This document shows, piece after piece, positions 26,335 through 38,386 of a DNA stretch of 64,000 nucleotides. The stretch is from contig JBNRSN020000018.1 of assembly GCA_051313645.2 (NCBI GenBank), positions 15,500,001 through 15,564,000 on the forward strand, given 5' to 3'. The stretch comes from Centroscyllium fabricii. Taxonomy: Eukaryota. The stretch's first letter is position 1. The number at the start of each line of letters is the position of its first letter. The translations under genes and the position numbers were made by a program. The notes beneath the pieces were generated by a model, which did not search any database, was not told the origin of the DNA, and saw nothing but the letters and a program-made list of their open reading frames with translations.

Positions 26335-29225
26335 AACAATCCAGACCCACAGCAATGTGGTTGACTCTTAACGGTCCTCTGAAATGGCCGAGCAAGCCAC
26401 TCAGTTGTAAAAAACCGCTACGAGTAACAATAAGAATAAATCAGGATGGACCACCCGGCATCGACCTCGGCACTACGGACACGACAACAGTTCACCCAGT
26501 CCAATCAACCCTGAAAAGTCCTCCTCACCAACATCTGGGGATTAGTGCCAAAATTGGGAGAGCTGTCCCACAGACTAGTCAAGCAACAATCTGACGTTTC
26601 AGCAAATGTCCCAAACTCCTCCAGCACCATCCCTGGGTATGCCCTGTCCAACCAGCAGGACAGATCCACCAGGGGTGGCGGCACTGTGGTATACCATTAG
26701 GAAGAAGCAGCCCTGGGAGTCCTCAACATTGACTCCAGAACCCATGAAGTCTCATGGCTTTGGGTCAAGCATGGGCAAAGAAACCTCCTGCTGATTACCA
26801 CCTACCGCCCTCCCTCAGCTGATGAATCAGTACTCCTCCATGTTGAACACTACTTGGAAGAAGCACTGAGAGTGACAAGGGTACAGAATGTACTCTGGGT
26901 GGGGGACATCAATGTCCATCACCAAGAGTGGCTCGGTAGCACCACTACTGACTGAGCTGGCGGAGTACTGAAGGACATAGCTGCCAGTCTGGGCCTGCGG
27001 CAGGTGGTGAGTGAACCAACATGAGGGAAAAACCTACTTGACTACGTCCTCACCAATCTACCTTTCGCAGATACTTCTGTCCATGACAGCATTGGTAGCA
27101 GTGACCACCGCACAGTCATTATGGAGACGAAGTCCCGTCTTCACACTGAGGACAACCTCCATCGTGTTGTGTGGCACTACCACCGTGCTAAATGGGATAG
27201 ATTCAGAACAGATCTAGCAGCTCAAATCTGGGCATCCATGAGGCGCTGTGGGCCATCAGCAGCAGCAGAATTGTATTCCACCACAATCTGTAACCTCTTG
27301 GCCCGGCATATCTCTCACTCTACCATTACCATCAAGCTAGGGGACCAACCCTGGTTCAGTAAGGAGTGTAGAAGAGCATGCTAGAAGCAGCACCAGGTGT
27401 ACCTAAAAATGAGGTACCAACCTGGGGAAGTGGCATTTTATTGACAGGGCTAAGCGATCTCACAATCAATGGATCTGATTGAAGCTCTGCAGTCCTGTCA
27501 CATCCAGTTGTGAATGGCGGTGGATCATTAAACAACTAATGGGAGAAGGAGGCTCCATGAATATCCCTATCCTCAATGATGGTGGAGCCCAGCATGTGAG
27601 TACAAAAGGCAAAGCTGAAGCATTTTCAACAATCTTCACCTAAAAGTGCCGAGTGGATGATTCATATCGGCCTCCTCCTGAGGTCCCCACCACCACAGAA
27701 GCCAGTCTTCAGCCAATTTGATTCACTCCACATGATATCAACAATCGGCTGAGCACACTAGATACAGTGAAGGCTATGGTCCCTGACAATGTGGAATACT
27801 GCCCAGGTATGTCCTGTCCACAAAAAGCAGGACAAATCCAATCTGGCCAATTACCGCCCCATCAGTCTACTTTCAATCATCAGCAAAGTGATGGAAGATA
27901 TCATCGACAGTGCTATCAAGCAGCACTTACTCACCAATAACCTGCTCACTGATGCTCAGTTTGGGTTCTGCCAGGACCACTCAGCCCCAGACCTCATTAC
28001 AACCTTGGTCCAAACATGGACAAAAGAGCTGAATTCCAGAGGTGAGGTGAGAGTGACTGCCCTTGACATCAAGGCAGCATTTGACCAAGTGCGGCATCAA
28101 GGAACCCTAGTAAAACTGAAGTCAATGGGAATTAGGGGGAAAACTCTGCACTGGCTGGAGTCATACCTAGTTCAAAGGAAGATGGTTGTGGTGGTTGGAG
28201 GTCAATCATCACAGCTCCAGGACATCGCTGCAGGAGTTCCTCAGGGCTGTGTCCTAGGCCCAACCATCTTCAGCTGCTTCATCAATGACCTTCCCTCAAT
28301 AATGTCAGAAGTTGGGATGTTCACTGATGACTACATGGTGTTCAGCGCCATTCACAACTCCTCAGATAATGAAGCAGTCCATGCCCGCATGCAGCAAGAC
28401 CTGGTCGACATTCAGGCTTGGGCTGATAAGTGGCAGGTAACATTTGCGCCACACAAGTGCCAGGCAATGACTATCTCCATCAAGCGAGAGTCTAACCACT
28501 GCCCCATGACATTCAACAGCACTACCATCGCCAAATCCCTCATCATCAACATCCTGGGCGTCACCAGTGACCAGAAACGTAACTGGACCAGCCACATAAA
28601 TACTGTGGCAACAAGAGCAGATCAGAGGCTGGGAATTCTGTGGCGAGTATCTCACCTCCTGACTCCTCAAAGCCTTTCCAACACCTGCAAGGCACAAGTC
28701 AGGAGTGTGATGGAATACTCTCCATTTGCCTGGATGAGTGCTGCTCCAACAACACTCAAGAAGCTCGACACCATCCAGGACAAAGCAGCCCGCTTGACTG
28801 GCACCACATCCACCACCTTAAACATTCACTCCCTCCACCACCGGCGCACTGTGGTTGCAGTGTGTACCATCTACAAGATGCACTGCAGCAACTCGCCAAG
28901 GCTTCTTTGGCAGCACCTCCCATAACCCACGACCTCTTCCACCTAGAAGGACAAGGGCAGCAGGCGCATGGGAACACCACCACCTCAAAGTTCCCATCCA
29001 AGTCACACACCATCCTGACTTGGAAATATATCGGCCGTTCCTTCATCGTCGCTGGGTCCAAATCCTGGAACTCCCTCTCTAACAGCACTGTGGGAGCACC
29101 TTCACCACACAAACTTCAGAGCTTCAAGAAGGCGGCTCACCACCACCTTCTCAAGGGTAATTAGGGATGGGCAATAAATGCTGGCCTTGCCAGTGACGCC
29201 CACATCCCAGGAATGAATAAAAAAT
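26335..29225 (+). mobile_element. CR1 family-B LINE (APE + RT), degenerate
   Basis: TYRPP and SDH endonuclease motifs. ORF 27789-28925 has NYRPISLLS, LDIKAAFD, GVPQG, FTDD. 3' UTR ends aataaaaaa. Confidence 0.9.
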
Positions 29226-29352
29226 ATCCAATCTATCTCTTGAAATTAAGTTTTAAACAAAAAATGTGATGTCAATCGTATCAAGAAGCACAAATGAATC
29301 ATTACATTTTTCTCAGCAAGGATAATTGTTCAAGATAAATGTGAAAAACAAT

Positions 29353-30400
29353 GGCCCAGAAATTCGGGTTGGAGGCTTCCTGCGAGTGAAAGCCTCCAAC
29401 CCACACTTACGGAGTGCACCTGCCGTTCTCCTCTTCTAATAATTAATAATAATAATTCAACTTTATTGTCATTATACAATGTACAAGTACATGAACAACG
29501 AAATGTGATCTTGCAAGCTCCCAAGAGTCCAGCAAAGCCGCTGCGTCTGTGCGCGCCGCCATTCCATCTTTCCATCATTCCGACAATCTTCAGCTAACCG
29601 CCCCTCCCCGGGGCTCCTTTCGTGACCTTCTGCACCTGGCATTCCCTGGTGGTCGCCCCTCCAAGTATTAACCAGGCCTGGCTCTGCTTAGCTTCCAAGC
29701 CTTGCCAGTGGCCCTGTCCCTAGTCCCAGGAACAGGGAGTTGAACTCCCGATGCTAGGCCCTACTCCAGGCCCCACGCGCCGCGCTGAGGCAACTCAGTG
29801 TTGGAGTTAGTGCGAGAGCCCGCGCGGGACCACGTGGTCTGCGGGGAGCCAATCACAGCGAAGAATGCTCCATTCATAACTTTGACAGGCAGAACTGTCA
29901 AAGTTATGAAATACAAGAGCCCCAAAAACACATTAAACATCAAAATAACTTAAAAATTTTTTTTTTTTAACATTACTGTCACTAACATACATTAGCTATT
30001 TTAAACAAAAAATAAAAAATTTGAAAAAATATTTGAAGTGGGCTAAAAAACGACTTACCTTTGTTTAAATTATTTAAAAATAAAAAACCTGTGTAAAAAA
30101 TACTTAAATTGAATAAAACAGAGACTTACCTGATGAAAAGGGGTCGTTAGGGCTGATATTTTCATCCGTACCTTTCCCGATACTTACCCTGCTAAAAAAC
30201 TTGGGAAAAAAATCGGGATTTCAGTGCGCACCTCCTAGCGCGCAGGCCAACGCGCTCCGGCTCCTGACCCCTCCAGACCCGGCATCGGAAGTGCTGGTTC
30301 TGTGCGCATGCTCGGTGTACGCACCGAACCAGCACTTCTGAGGGTCGCACGCGTGAGTACACCGTCCGTACTCGCGCGGTGTGGCCCTAATTTCTGGGCC
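29353..30400. mobile_element. Harbinger-type MITE (F1)
   Basis: GGCCCAGAAATT perfect 12-bp TIR, TSD AAT/AAT. Confidence 0.85.
29438..29736 (-). mobile_element. 5S-rRNA-derived SINE with Rex/Babar tail (copy 1)
   Basis: Reverse complement has GAAGCTAAGCAGAGCCAGGCCTGGTTAATACTTGGAGGGGCGACCACCAGGGAATGCCAGGTGC (5S internal control region) and tail aatgacaataaagttgaa(TTA)n. Confidence 0.8.
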
Positions 30401-30574
30401 AATGTTAAACACTGCAGGTTACCAAAGTTGTTGAAAAAGCGAGAAGAGGGCAAAAGGTGTGTAAGATTTTTCAGTATTTGTTCGGGTCTTTTCTTCAGAA
30501 CTGGTAAAAACTGAGGGACTTATCCCCTCTCCACTGTTTATTACACTCTTCCTAATAGTTCTGAAACCAGTGTA

Positions 30575-30814
30575 CAGGAAACTCTCTTTTAACCAGCACC
30601 TAAATATCCAGAAATCTCTCTTAACCGGCAAAATTCCGGAGTAGGTTCAGGTAAGTTTTACTATATATTAGTGGCCATGTAACCGGGGCTCCTGCATCTG
30701 TGGCCGTGTACGGGGCTCTCGTACCTTGGTAAGTGTACCTCTCTGTAATCCGGACTTTTTGATCAACCGGCACCACGCCGGTCCCGTCGGTGCCGGATAA
30801 AAAAGAGCTTCCTG
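30575..30814. mobile_element. pogo/Tigger-like MITE (240 bp)
   Basis: About 25-bp imperfect TIRs starting CAGGAA, TA TSD. Confidence 0.8.
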
Positions 30815-31427
30815 TATATAGCTTGTTTTGATGTCTCAGAAGAGCCGTGAGTTATTACTTGAAAACCAGAAGGTTTCTTGGTCACATTGGAAAGGGGCAG
30901 TTTTCATCTCGATAGCTTCTATTTGCAGAGCCAGTGTCACCTCCCCCACAAAGAAAGCTGCATATAAACTGATTTACACTTATCTAGAAAGTGGCTCTAC
31001 ATTAGAATGAGAGTGAGCCCTTAGTGAGAGAATATATTCAAACTTGACTCCTTTTATGATGCATTGCGAGCTGCACCAGTAGATTTTACATTAAGCTATT
31101 GTGTGCAACTCATCATTACTTGTTTTTTGAAGGCTGCTGTGGTTTTGTTCAGTTGCAAAACAAGTGGAACAATGGCAGAAGAGCTTTAGGTAGGAGTCGG
31201 GCGTCGTCAGATGTAGACTTCAGCTGAATAGCGGGGTTCACGGTGTGCAGTGCTGAAGCTCGGCATTATTAGGCTATTGCACTGCGCTCTCAAGAGCATA
31301 ACTGCTTTGCTGAAGAAAAGGGAGAATAGTCACACCCAAGAGCTCGGCTTTTGTACCAAGAAAGGATTAAAGATGCCCAAGCAGCTCATGAAAATTCCAG
31401 GGTATATCCTCTCAGTCCTCTGTTGAA

Positions 31428-31750
31428 ACATAGAATCATAGAATCAAAGAAGCATAGAATCCCTACAGTGCAGGTAGAGGCCATCGAGCCTGCACCGACA
31501 CTTATCCCACCCTTTCCCTTAACCCCCACATATTTAATCCCCCTAACTCTAAGGGTCAATTTATCCTGGCCAATCAACCTAACCCGCACATCTTTGGACT
31601 GTGGGAGGAAACCGGAGCACCCGGAGGAAACCCACGCAGACACGGGGAGAACGTGCAAACTCCACACAGATAGTCACCCGAGGCCGGATTTGAACCCGGG
31701 CCCCTGGCGCTGTGAGGCAACAGTGCTAACCACTATGCCACCGTGCCGCC
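31428..31750 (-). mobile_element. HE1 SINE, short-tail variant
   Basis: Head, V-core, tail ...ctgcactgtagggattctatg. Confidence 0.9.
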
Positions 31751-32009
31751 CGATGTTCTATCCCACGTGATATCTGATGAGTTGATCAATAAATGTTTCT
31801 GATAAATGAATAGAAATTGAAACGGGCGAGGTAAAGAAAATCTGGACATTCACTGTGTGCACCTTGACCTCTGATTTGTCACGTGGTGCAGGAGTGTTTT
31901 GGAGAAGTGCAGATGTAAAATTCCTCCTTGTAACACACCTGAAGTTCTCTCCCTTCTGCCAGAGGTGGATTGGGTGTATATAGTATCTATTGTTGGGATG
32001 GACGATTGT

Positions 32010-32722
32010 CGTTAATGGAGTGTATCTTATCTAAGGAAAGATATATTTGCCTTGGAGGCTCTGCAATGAAGGTTCACTAGATTGATCTCTGGGATGAGAG
32101 GGCTGTCCTATGAGGAGAGATTGAGTTGATTGGGCCGATACTCTCTGGAGTTTGGAAGACTGAGAGGTGATCTCATTGAAACTGTGGGGGGATTGACAGG
32201 GTAGATGCTGAGAGATTGTTTCCCCTGGCTGGAGTGTCTAGAACTAGGGGGCGTAGTCTCAGGATAAGGGGGTCGGCCATTTAAGTCTGAGATGAGGAGG
32301 AATTTCTTCACTCAGAGGGTTGTGAGCCTTTGGAATTCTCTGCCCCAGAGGGCTGTGGATGCTGAGTTGTTGAGTATATGCATGATGTGGAGGTGCCGGT
32401 GTTGGACTGGGGTGGACAAATGTAAGAAGTCACACAACACCAGGTTATAGTCCAACAGCTTTATCTGAAATCACAAGCTTTCAGAGCGCTGACGAAGGAG
32501 CAGCGCTCCGAATGCTTGTGATTTCAAATAAAGGTGTTGGAATATAACCGAGTATATTCAAGGCTGAGATCGAGAGATTTTTAGACTCTAAAGGAATCGA
32601 GGGATACGGGGATCGGGCGGGAAAGTGGAGTTGAGGTCGATGATCAGCCATGATCCTATTAAATGGTGGAGCAGGCTCGAGGGGCCGTATGGCCGACTCC
32701 TGCTCCTATTTATTATGTTCCT
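32010..32722 (+). mobile_element. CR1 3' fragment with Penelope-end insertion
   Basis: RFTRLI...LRGDLIE...NFFTQRVV remnants and 3' UTR. Confidence 0.8.
32380..32549. mobile_element. Penelope-like inverted terminal fragment with hammerhead-like core
   Basis: TSD GAGTATAT; inverted arms at about 32443-32490 and 32502-32549; CTGACGA-A-GGAGC-AGC-GCTCC-GAAT-GCTT. Confidence 0.65.
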
Positions 32723-32904
32723 ATGTGGATCTATATTAAGCTGGAGGACAGTGATGCTTTTGGTAGGCCACAGGCCTACAGAACATCAGAGTCACATCCT
32801 CTCAGGTGGGCTCCACTCAGTTAAAACTTATAATTAAATGATCAGTAAAGGTTATACTAACTCCGACTGATGAGATGCAAGCTGGAGCTGGAAGGTCCTA
32901 ATAG

Positions 32905-33742
32905 ATGGGCTGGTCAGAACAGTGGCAAATGGAATTTAACCCTGAAAAGTGTGAAGTGATGCATTTTGGAAGGACTAACAAGGCAAGGGAATACACAATG
33001 AACGGTAAGACCCTAGGAAAGACCGAGGATCAGAGGGACCTTGGTGGGCATGTACATAGATCCCTGAAGGCAGCAGGACAGGTGGATAAGGTGGTTAAAA
33101 AGGCATATGGGATACTTGCCTTCATTAGCCGAGGCATAGAATATAAGAGCAGGAAGGTTATGATCGAGCTGTGCAAAACCCTGGTAAGGCCACAGCTGGA
33201 GTACTGTGTGCAGTTCTGGTCGCCACACTATAGGAGGGATGTGATTGCTTTGGAGAGGGTGCAGAGGAGATTCACCAGGATGTTACCTGGGCTGGAGTGC
33301 TTCAGCTATGAAGAAAGACTGGACAGGCTGGGGTTGTTTTCCTTGGAGCAGAGAAGGCTGAGAGGGGACCTGATTGAGGTTGCAAAATTATGAGGGGCAT
33401 AGATAGGGTAGACAGAAAGGAACTTTTTCCATCAGTAGTGGGGTCAATAACAAGGGGGCTTGTTTCAAGGTAAGGGGCAGGAGGTTTAGAGGGGATTTGA
33501 GGAAGAACTTTTTCACCCAGAGGGTGGTTGGAATTTGGAACTCACTGCCTGAAAGGGTGGTAGAGACATGAACCCTCACAATATTCAAGAAGCATTTAGA
33601 TGAGCACTTGAAATGCCATGGCATACAAGGCTACGGACCAAATGCAGGAAAATGTGATTAGAATAGACAGGGCTTGATAGCCGGCACGGACGTGATGTGC
33701 CAAAGGGCCTCTTTTTGTGTGGTATAACTCTGTGACTCTATG
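32905..33742 (+). mobile_element. CR1 LINE 3' fragment
   Basis: ORF 32905-33393 WQMEFNPEKC...RPQLEYCVQFWSP; tail ctctgtgactctatga. Confidence 0.9.
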
Positions 33743-33932
33743 ACGTTATCAATCGAGGTTATAGTGAGCTGTGGCTCAGTGGGTAGAGACTCTCTCATCT
33801 CGGAGTCAGAAGATTGTGGGTTCATAGTCGCACTCCATGGACTTGAGCACAAAAATCCAAAATAACAACAGAAAATGCTGGAAAAACTCAGCAGGGCAGG
33901 GCAGCATCCATGGAGAGAGAAACAGAGCTAAT

Positions 33933-34652
33933 GGGCCAGAAATTGCAGTCTGCCCATATCGCGCCAGAGCTTAAACCCGCAGGAAGCAGCCGGTTGCGCT
34001 GCTTCGGGTTTTCCTATGCCGACCAGCGGCGGGGTTGGAGTTACTGCGAGGGCTAGCGCAGGAAGCAGCGAACTAGGGGTTGCATCCAGTAATTTGTTTT
34101 TGTTTTTTACTTTTGCTATGGACCAAGATTCTACGCTGGGAAAAAGCAGTCGTAAGTATCCGTTTTTATCTGGTAAGAGTGTATTTTATTGATTTTAATT
34201 GTTGTTTTTTTAGGTTTTTAATTGTTGATAACTTTAAAGACAGGTAAGTATTTTTTTAGACCTGTTGGAAGTTGAAGATTTTCTTTTTTCTTTAAAATAG
34301 GTCATTTGTGTTGGTTGGTGTAATGTTAAAAAAATGTGGTGTTTGTAAAATTTTATTTTTGTGTTTAGATGTCTTTTGGGCAATCTCTCCTTTCAGAACT
34401 TGCACAGATTTCTCTGTGGAAGTTTTGAACGGAGAATTGGTTCCACTGATTGGCTCCCTGCTAATCAGGTGGTCTCAAAACCAATCTCGCACTAATTACG
34501 CCCTTCAGATGCCCATGAAGCTCGCACGGAGCTCTGACAAGCTGGGCTAACGGGAATTTCTCAGTGCAAAAAAGCAAACCTGAATATGGGCAGTTCAAGT
34601 GCGTTAAGCAGGTACTGCACCCGCACGAAGGCTCCACTGCAATTTCTGGGCC
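33933..34652. mobile_element. Harbinger-type MITE (F1)
   Basis: 17-bp TIR GG(G/C)CCAGAAATTGCAGT, flanks AAT/ATT. Confidence 0.85.
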
Positions 34653-34685
34653 ATTGTTTCAGGTCGAAGACCTTTCGTCAGAACT
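34653..34685 (-). ncRNA. Minimal Penelope-type hammerhead ribozyme core, disrupted
   Basis: AGTT-CTGACGA-A-AGGTC-TTC-GACCT-GAAAC, then the MITE. Confidence 0.65.
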
Positions 34686-34848
34686 GGAAAAAAGCAGGAA
34701 AAGGAATAGATTGTGAAGCAAGTGTCGGGGCTGGGAAAAGGGGGAGGGGATGAAAGAACAAAAGGGACGGTCGGTGATAGGATAGAAAGCAGGAGAAATA
34801 AAGAGACATTAAGAGATATTCAGGGCGAGAGGAGGTGGAAATGGGACA

Positions 34849-36627
34849 GGTTAGATACATAGATACATAGATGATAGGAGCAGGAGTAGGCTATTCGGCC
34901 CTTCGAGCCTGCTCCGCCATTCAATGAGATCATGGCTGATCCTTCAGTTCAGTATCCCGTCCCTGCCTTCTCTCCGTAACCTTTAACCCCTTTTGCCTGC
35001 AGAAATATATCTAATTCCCTCTTAAATATATTTAATGAGCTGGCGTCCACTGCCCTCTGTGGCAGTGAGTTCCACAGGTTCACCACTCTCTGGGTGAAGA
35101 AATTCCTCCTCATCTCTGTCCTAAATGGTTTAGCCCTTATCCTTAAACTGTGTCCCCTAGTTCTGTACTCTCCTGCCATCGGAAACATTCCTTCTGCATC
35201 TAGTCTGTCCAGGCCTGTCAGAATTTTATATGTTTCTATGAGATCCCCTCTCAATCTTCTAAACTCCAGTGTGTACATCCCCAAACTACATAGTCTCTCC
35301 TCATAGGTCATTCCTGCCATTCCTGGTATCAGCCTGGTGAATCGCCGCTGCACTCCTTCCATGGCAAGAACATCCTTCCTCAGATGAGGCGACCAAAACT
35401 GCACACAGTACTCGAGGTGTGGTCTCACCAGTGCCCTGTACAGCTGTAGTAAGGTGTCCTTGTTCCTGTATTCTAACCCTTTTGATATGAAGGCCAGCAT
35501 ACCATTTGCCTTCCTGACCGCCTGTTGCACCTGCATGCTCGCCTTCAATGACTGGTGTACAAGAACTCCCAGGTCTCTCTGTACTTCCCCATCTCCCAAT
35601 CGATTGCCATTTAAATAATAATTTGCCCTCCCGTTTTTGCCCCCAAGGTGGATAACTTCACACTTATCCACATTATAGTGCATTTGCCATGTATCTGCCC
35701 AGTCCCCCAATTTGTCCAAATCGCTCTGGAGCTTCCTGATCCCCTCCTCTGAGCCTACCCCCCCTCCTAGTTTAGTGTCGTCTGCGAATTTGGAGATGCT
35801 GCATCCGATTCCCTGATCTAGGTCATTAATATAAATTGTGAACAGCTGGGGACCCAGGACAGATCCCTGAGGTACCCCACTTGTTACTGCCTGCCATTCA
35901 GAAAATGAGCCGTTTATTCCAACTCTCTGTTTTCTATCTGCCAGCCAGTTCTCTATCCACGTCAATACTTTTCCCCTTATCCCATGCGCCTTGATTTTAC
36001 ATGCTAGTCTTTTATGTGGGACCTTATCGAAGGCTTTTTGGAAGTCCAGGTACACCACATCTACTGGCTCTCCCCCATCTATTTTACCAGTTACTTCCTC
36101 AAAGAATTCTAATAGATTCGTCAAGCACGATTTACCTTTTGTAAATTCATGTTGACTCTGTCCTATCCTGTCCCCATTTGCCAAGTGCTCTGCTATTACA
36201 TCCTTAATGATGGACTCTAATATTTTGCCCACCACCGATGTAAGGCTTACAGGTCTGTAATTACCCGCTTTTTCCCTACCCCCCTTTTTAAATAGTGGGA
36301 TAACGTTAGCTACCCTCCAATCCATGGGCACTGTTCCCGAGTCTATCGAATTCTGGAAAATTATCCTTAACGCATCTGCTATCTCTAGGGCCACCTCCTT
36401 GAGTACCCTAGGATGCATGTTATCAGGCCCTGGGGATTTGTCAGCCTTTAGTCCCTTTAGCTTCCCCAACACCATATCCTTAGAGATATTGATTTTTGTC
36501 AGTTCCTCCCTTGCAATTGTCCCTATGGTTCCCAATATCTCAGGGAGGTTTTTTGTGTCTTCCCTTGTGAAGACAGACCCAAAATATGCATTTAATTGGT
36601 CTGCCATTTCCTTGTTTCCCATTATAT
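34849..36627 (-). mobile_element. Young 5'-truncated CR1 LINE
   Basis: 8-bp TSD ATGGGACA; ORF2 uninterrupted over about 560 codons. Confidence 0.92.
34949..36627 (-). CDS. CR1 ORF2 reverse transcriptase, intact reading frame but lacking the endonuclease
   Basis: KSPGPD, NYRPVSLTS, YLDFQKAFDKV, GVPQGSVLGP, KFADDTK. The first ~63 aa of the 622-aa ORF are flank read-through. Confidence 0.85.
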
Positions 36628-37192
36628 ATGGGACAAAGGCTGGCTCTAGATGAAGTGTAAATTGCGCTGGCAGAATGAAGGACAGCTGAAGGGAGGGAAG
36701 AAAGAACAAAATGTGTGGATAAGAAAAAATGTATATATATGTGACAGGGGCCGAGGTTATGATCTGAAATTGTTGAACTCTATGTTGAGTCCGGAAGTCT
36801 GTAGAGTGCCTAATCAAAAGATGAGGTGCTGTTCCTCAAGCTTACACTGAGCTTCTGTGGAACAGTGTAAGAGGCCGAGGACAGTGAGGCCTGAGTGGGA
36901 GTGGAGCGGTGAATTAAAGTGGCAGGCGACCGGGAGCTCAGGGTCCCCCTTATGGACTGAATGGAGGTGTTCTGCAAAGTGGTCACCCCATCTGCATTTG
37001 AGCTCCCCAATGTAGAGGAGACCACATCGTGAGCAATGAATACAGCTAACTAAATTGAGCACAAAAATCCAGGTTGACACTCCAGTGCAGTGCTGAATGA
37101 GTGCTGCACTGTTGGAGGTGCCGTCTTTTGGATGTGACATTAAACTGATGCCTCTCTGTTCTCTTAGGTGGAAGTAAAAGATCCAAAGGCAC

Positions 37193-37468
37193 ATCCTGTT
37201 CCTGGGACTAGGGACAGGGTCACTGGCAAGGCTTGGAAGCTAAGCAAGAGCCAGGCCTGGTTAGTACTTGGATGGGTGACCACCAGGGAATACCAGGTGC
37301 AGAAGGTCACCAAAGGAGCCCCGGGGAGGGGCAGTTGGCTGAAGATTGTCGGAATGATGGAAAGATGGAATGGCGGCGCGCACAGATGCAGCGGCTTTGC
37401 TGGACTCTTGGGAGCTTGCAAGATCACATTTCGTTGTTCATTGTATAATGACAATAAAGTTGAATTAT
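37193..37468 (+). mobile_element. 5S-rRNA-derived SINE with Rex/Babar tail (copy 2)
   Basis: GGAAGCTAAGCAAGAGCCAGGCCTGGTTAGTACTTGGATGGGTGACCACCAGGGAATACCAGGTGC; collinear with copy 1. Confidence 0.8.
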
Positions 37469-37810
37469 TATTTCAAAGAAGAGCAGGGACGTTATCCCCA
37501 GTGCGCCTGGCCAATATTTATCCCTCAACCATCATTACAATAGATGATCTGGTCATTATTGCATTGCTGTTTGTTGGACCTTGCTGTGTGCAAATTGGCT
37601 GCTGTGTTTCCTACATTACAACAGTGACCACACTTCAAAAGTACTTCATTTGCTGTAAAGTGCTTTGGGACATGCTGAGGTTGTGAAAGGCGCTATATAA
37701 ATGCAAGTCTTTCTTTCAAGCTCCAGGAGTTATTTTACTCTCTTCCTTTTATACCTCAGTTGCTCAGTTTTGCCTCCAATACGCAATATTTTACAATCAA
37801 CCATGTGCAA

Positions 37811-38056
37811 TGATGTGACAAAAGCGACTTACACATCAATAACTTTAAGCAAAGCTTTAATCAACTATTTACAGAGTTAGAGTTTAACATGCTTACAGGG
37901 GAAGCATCATCTCAGACTGGATAGCAGCAGAATTTATACTTCTAGACAGGAAGTGACGTCTATACAGGAAGTGACATGTATACAGGAAATGATGTCACTG
38001 GAAGTTCATATGCAGTGTTCATCAGACTTTCTGCCGGAAGTCTCAATATCATCACA
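37811..38056 (-). mobile_element. Short solo LTR (246 bp)
   Basis: TG...CA, TSD TGCAA/TGCAA. Confidence 0.85.
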
Positions 38057-38386
38057 TGCAATTTGCCATTTCTCTGTCCAGTTGCACGATCGACTCAGGT
38101 TGTGCCAAACCTTCACTGTGTGCTCCACCTCCACCCCCTCTCTCTAATTTAGTATCATCTGTAAATTTAAGAAGCTTACAATATCACGTAGCAAGCCTTC
38201 GGTAGCTTGCTCAAATGTCCTCTGCCTGAATGATTAGCCGATGTTGCCTCTGTTCAGAGGGTGAGGAGGCTGCTGTGCATTTGTATCATTTTCTGCTTTT
38301 ATTCTGCTTAGATTCCTGCTATTGTTTGTTCACTTTTGAACACTCTGTTGCATTTCCTGAGTATGACAGTGTGATGAACCTTTTGG

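Larger units (their letters stand above)
33860..37054 (-). mobile_element. Penelope-like element (GIY-YIG C-terminus and 3' end)
   Basis: CIHCSRCGLLYIGE...HFAEHL...VACHFN...EQHLIF at 36814-37050; 17-bp TSD TTGAGCACAAAAATCCA (33843-33859, 37055-37071). Confidence 0.85.
33766..37716 (+). mobile_element. SacSINE1/DeuSINE copy split by nested insertions
   Basis: Head 33766-33859; body resumes at 37055-37192 and 37469-37716. Confidence 0.8.

Noticed and set aside
29620-29700. Functional 5S rRNA gene (also 37230-37300)
   Set aside because: The 5' ~45 nt are non-5S, there is no terminator, and it is fused to a LINE tail; it is a SINE head.
34949-36817. 622-aa ORF as an autonomous or domesticated RT gene
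   Set aside because: The N-terminal ~63 aa are read-through of Penelope flank; the element is 5'-truncated and lacks the endonuclease.
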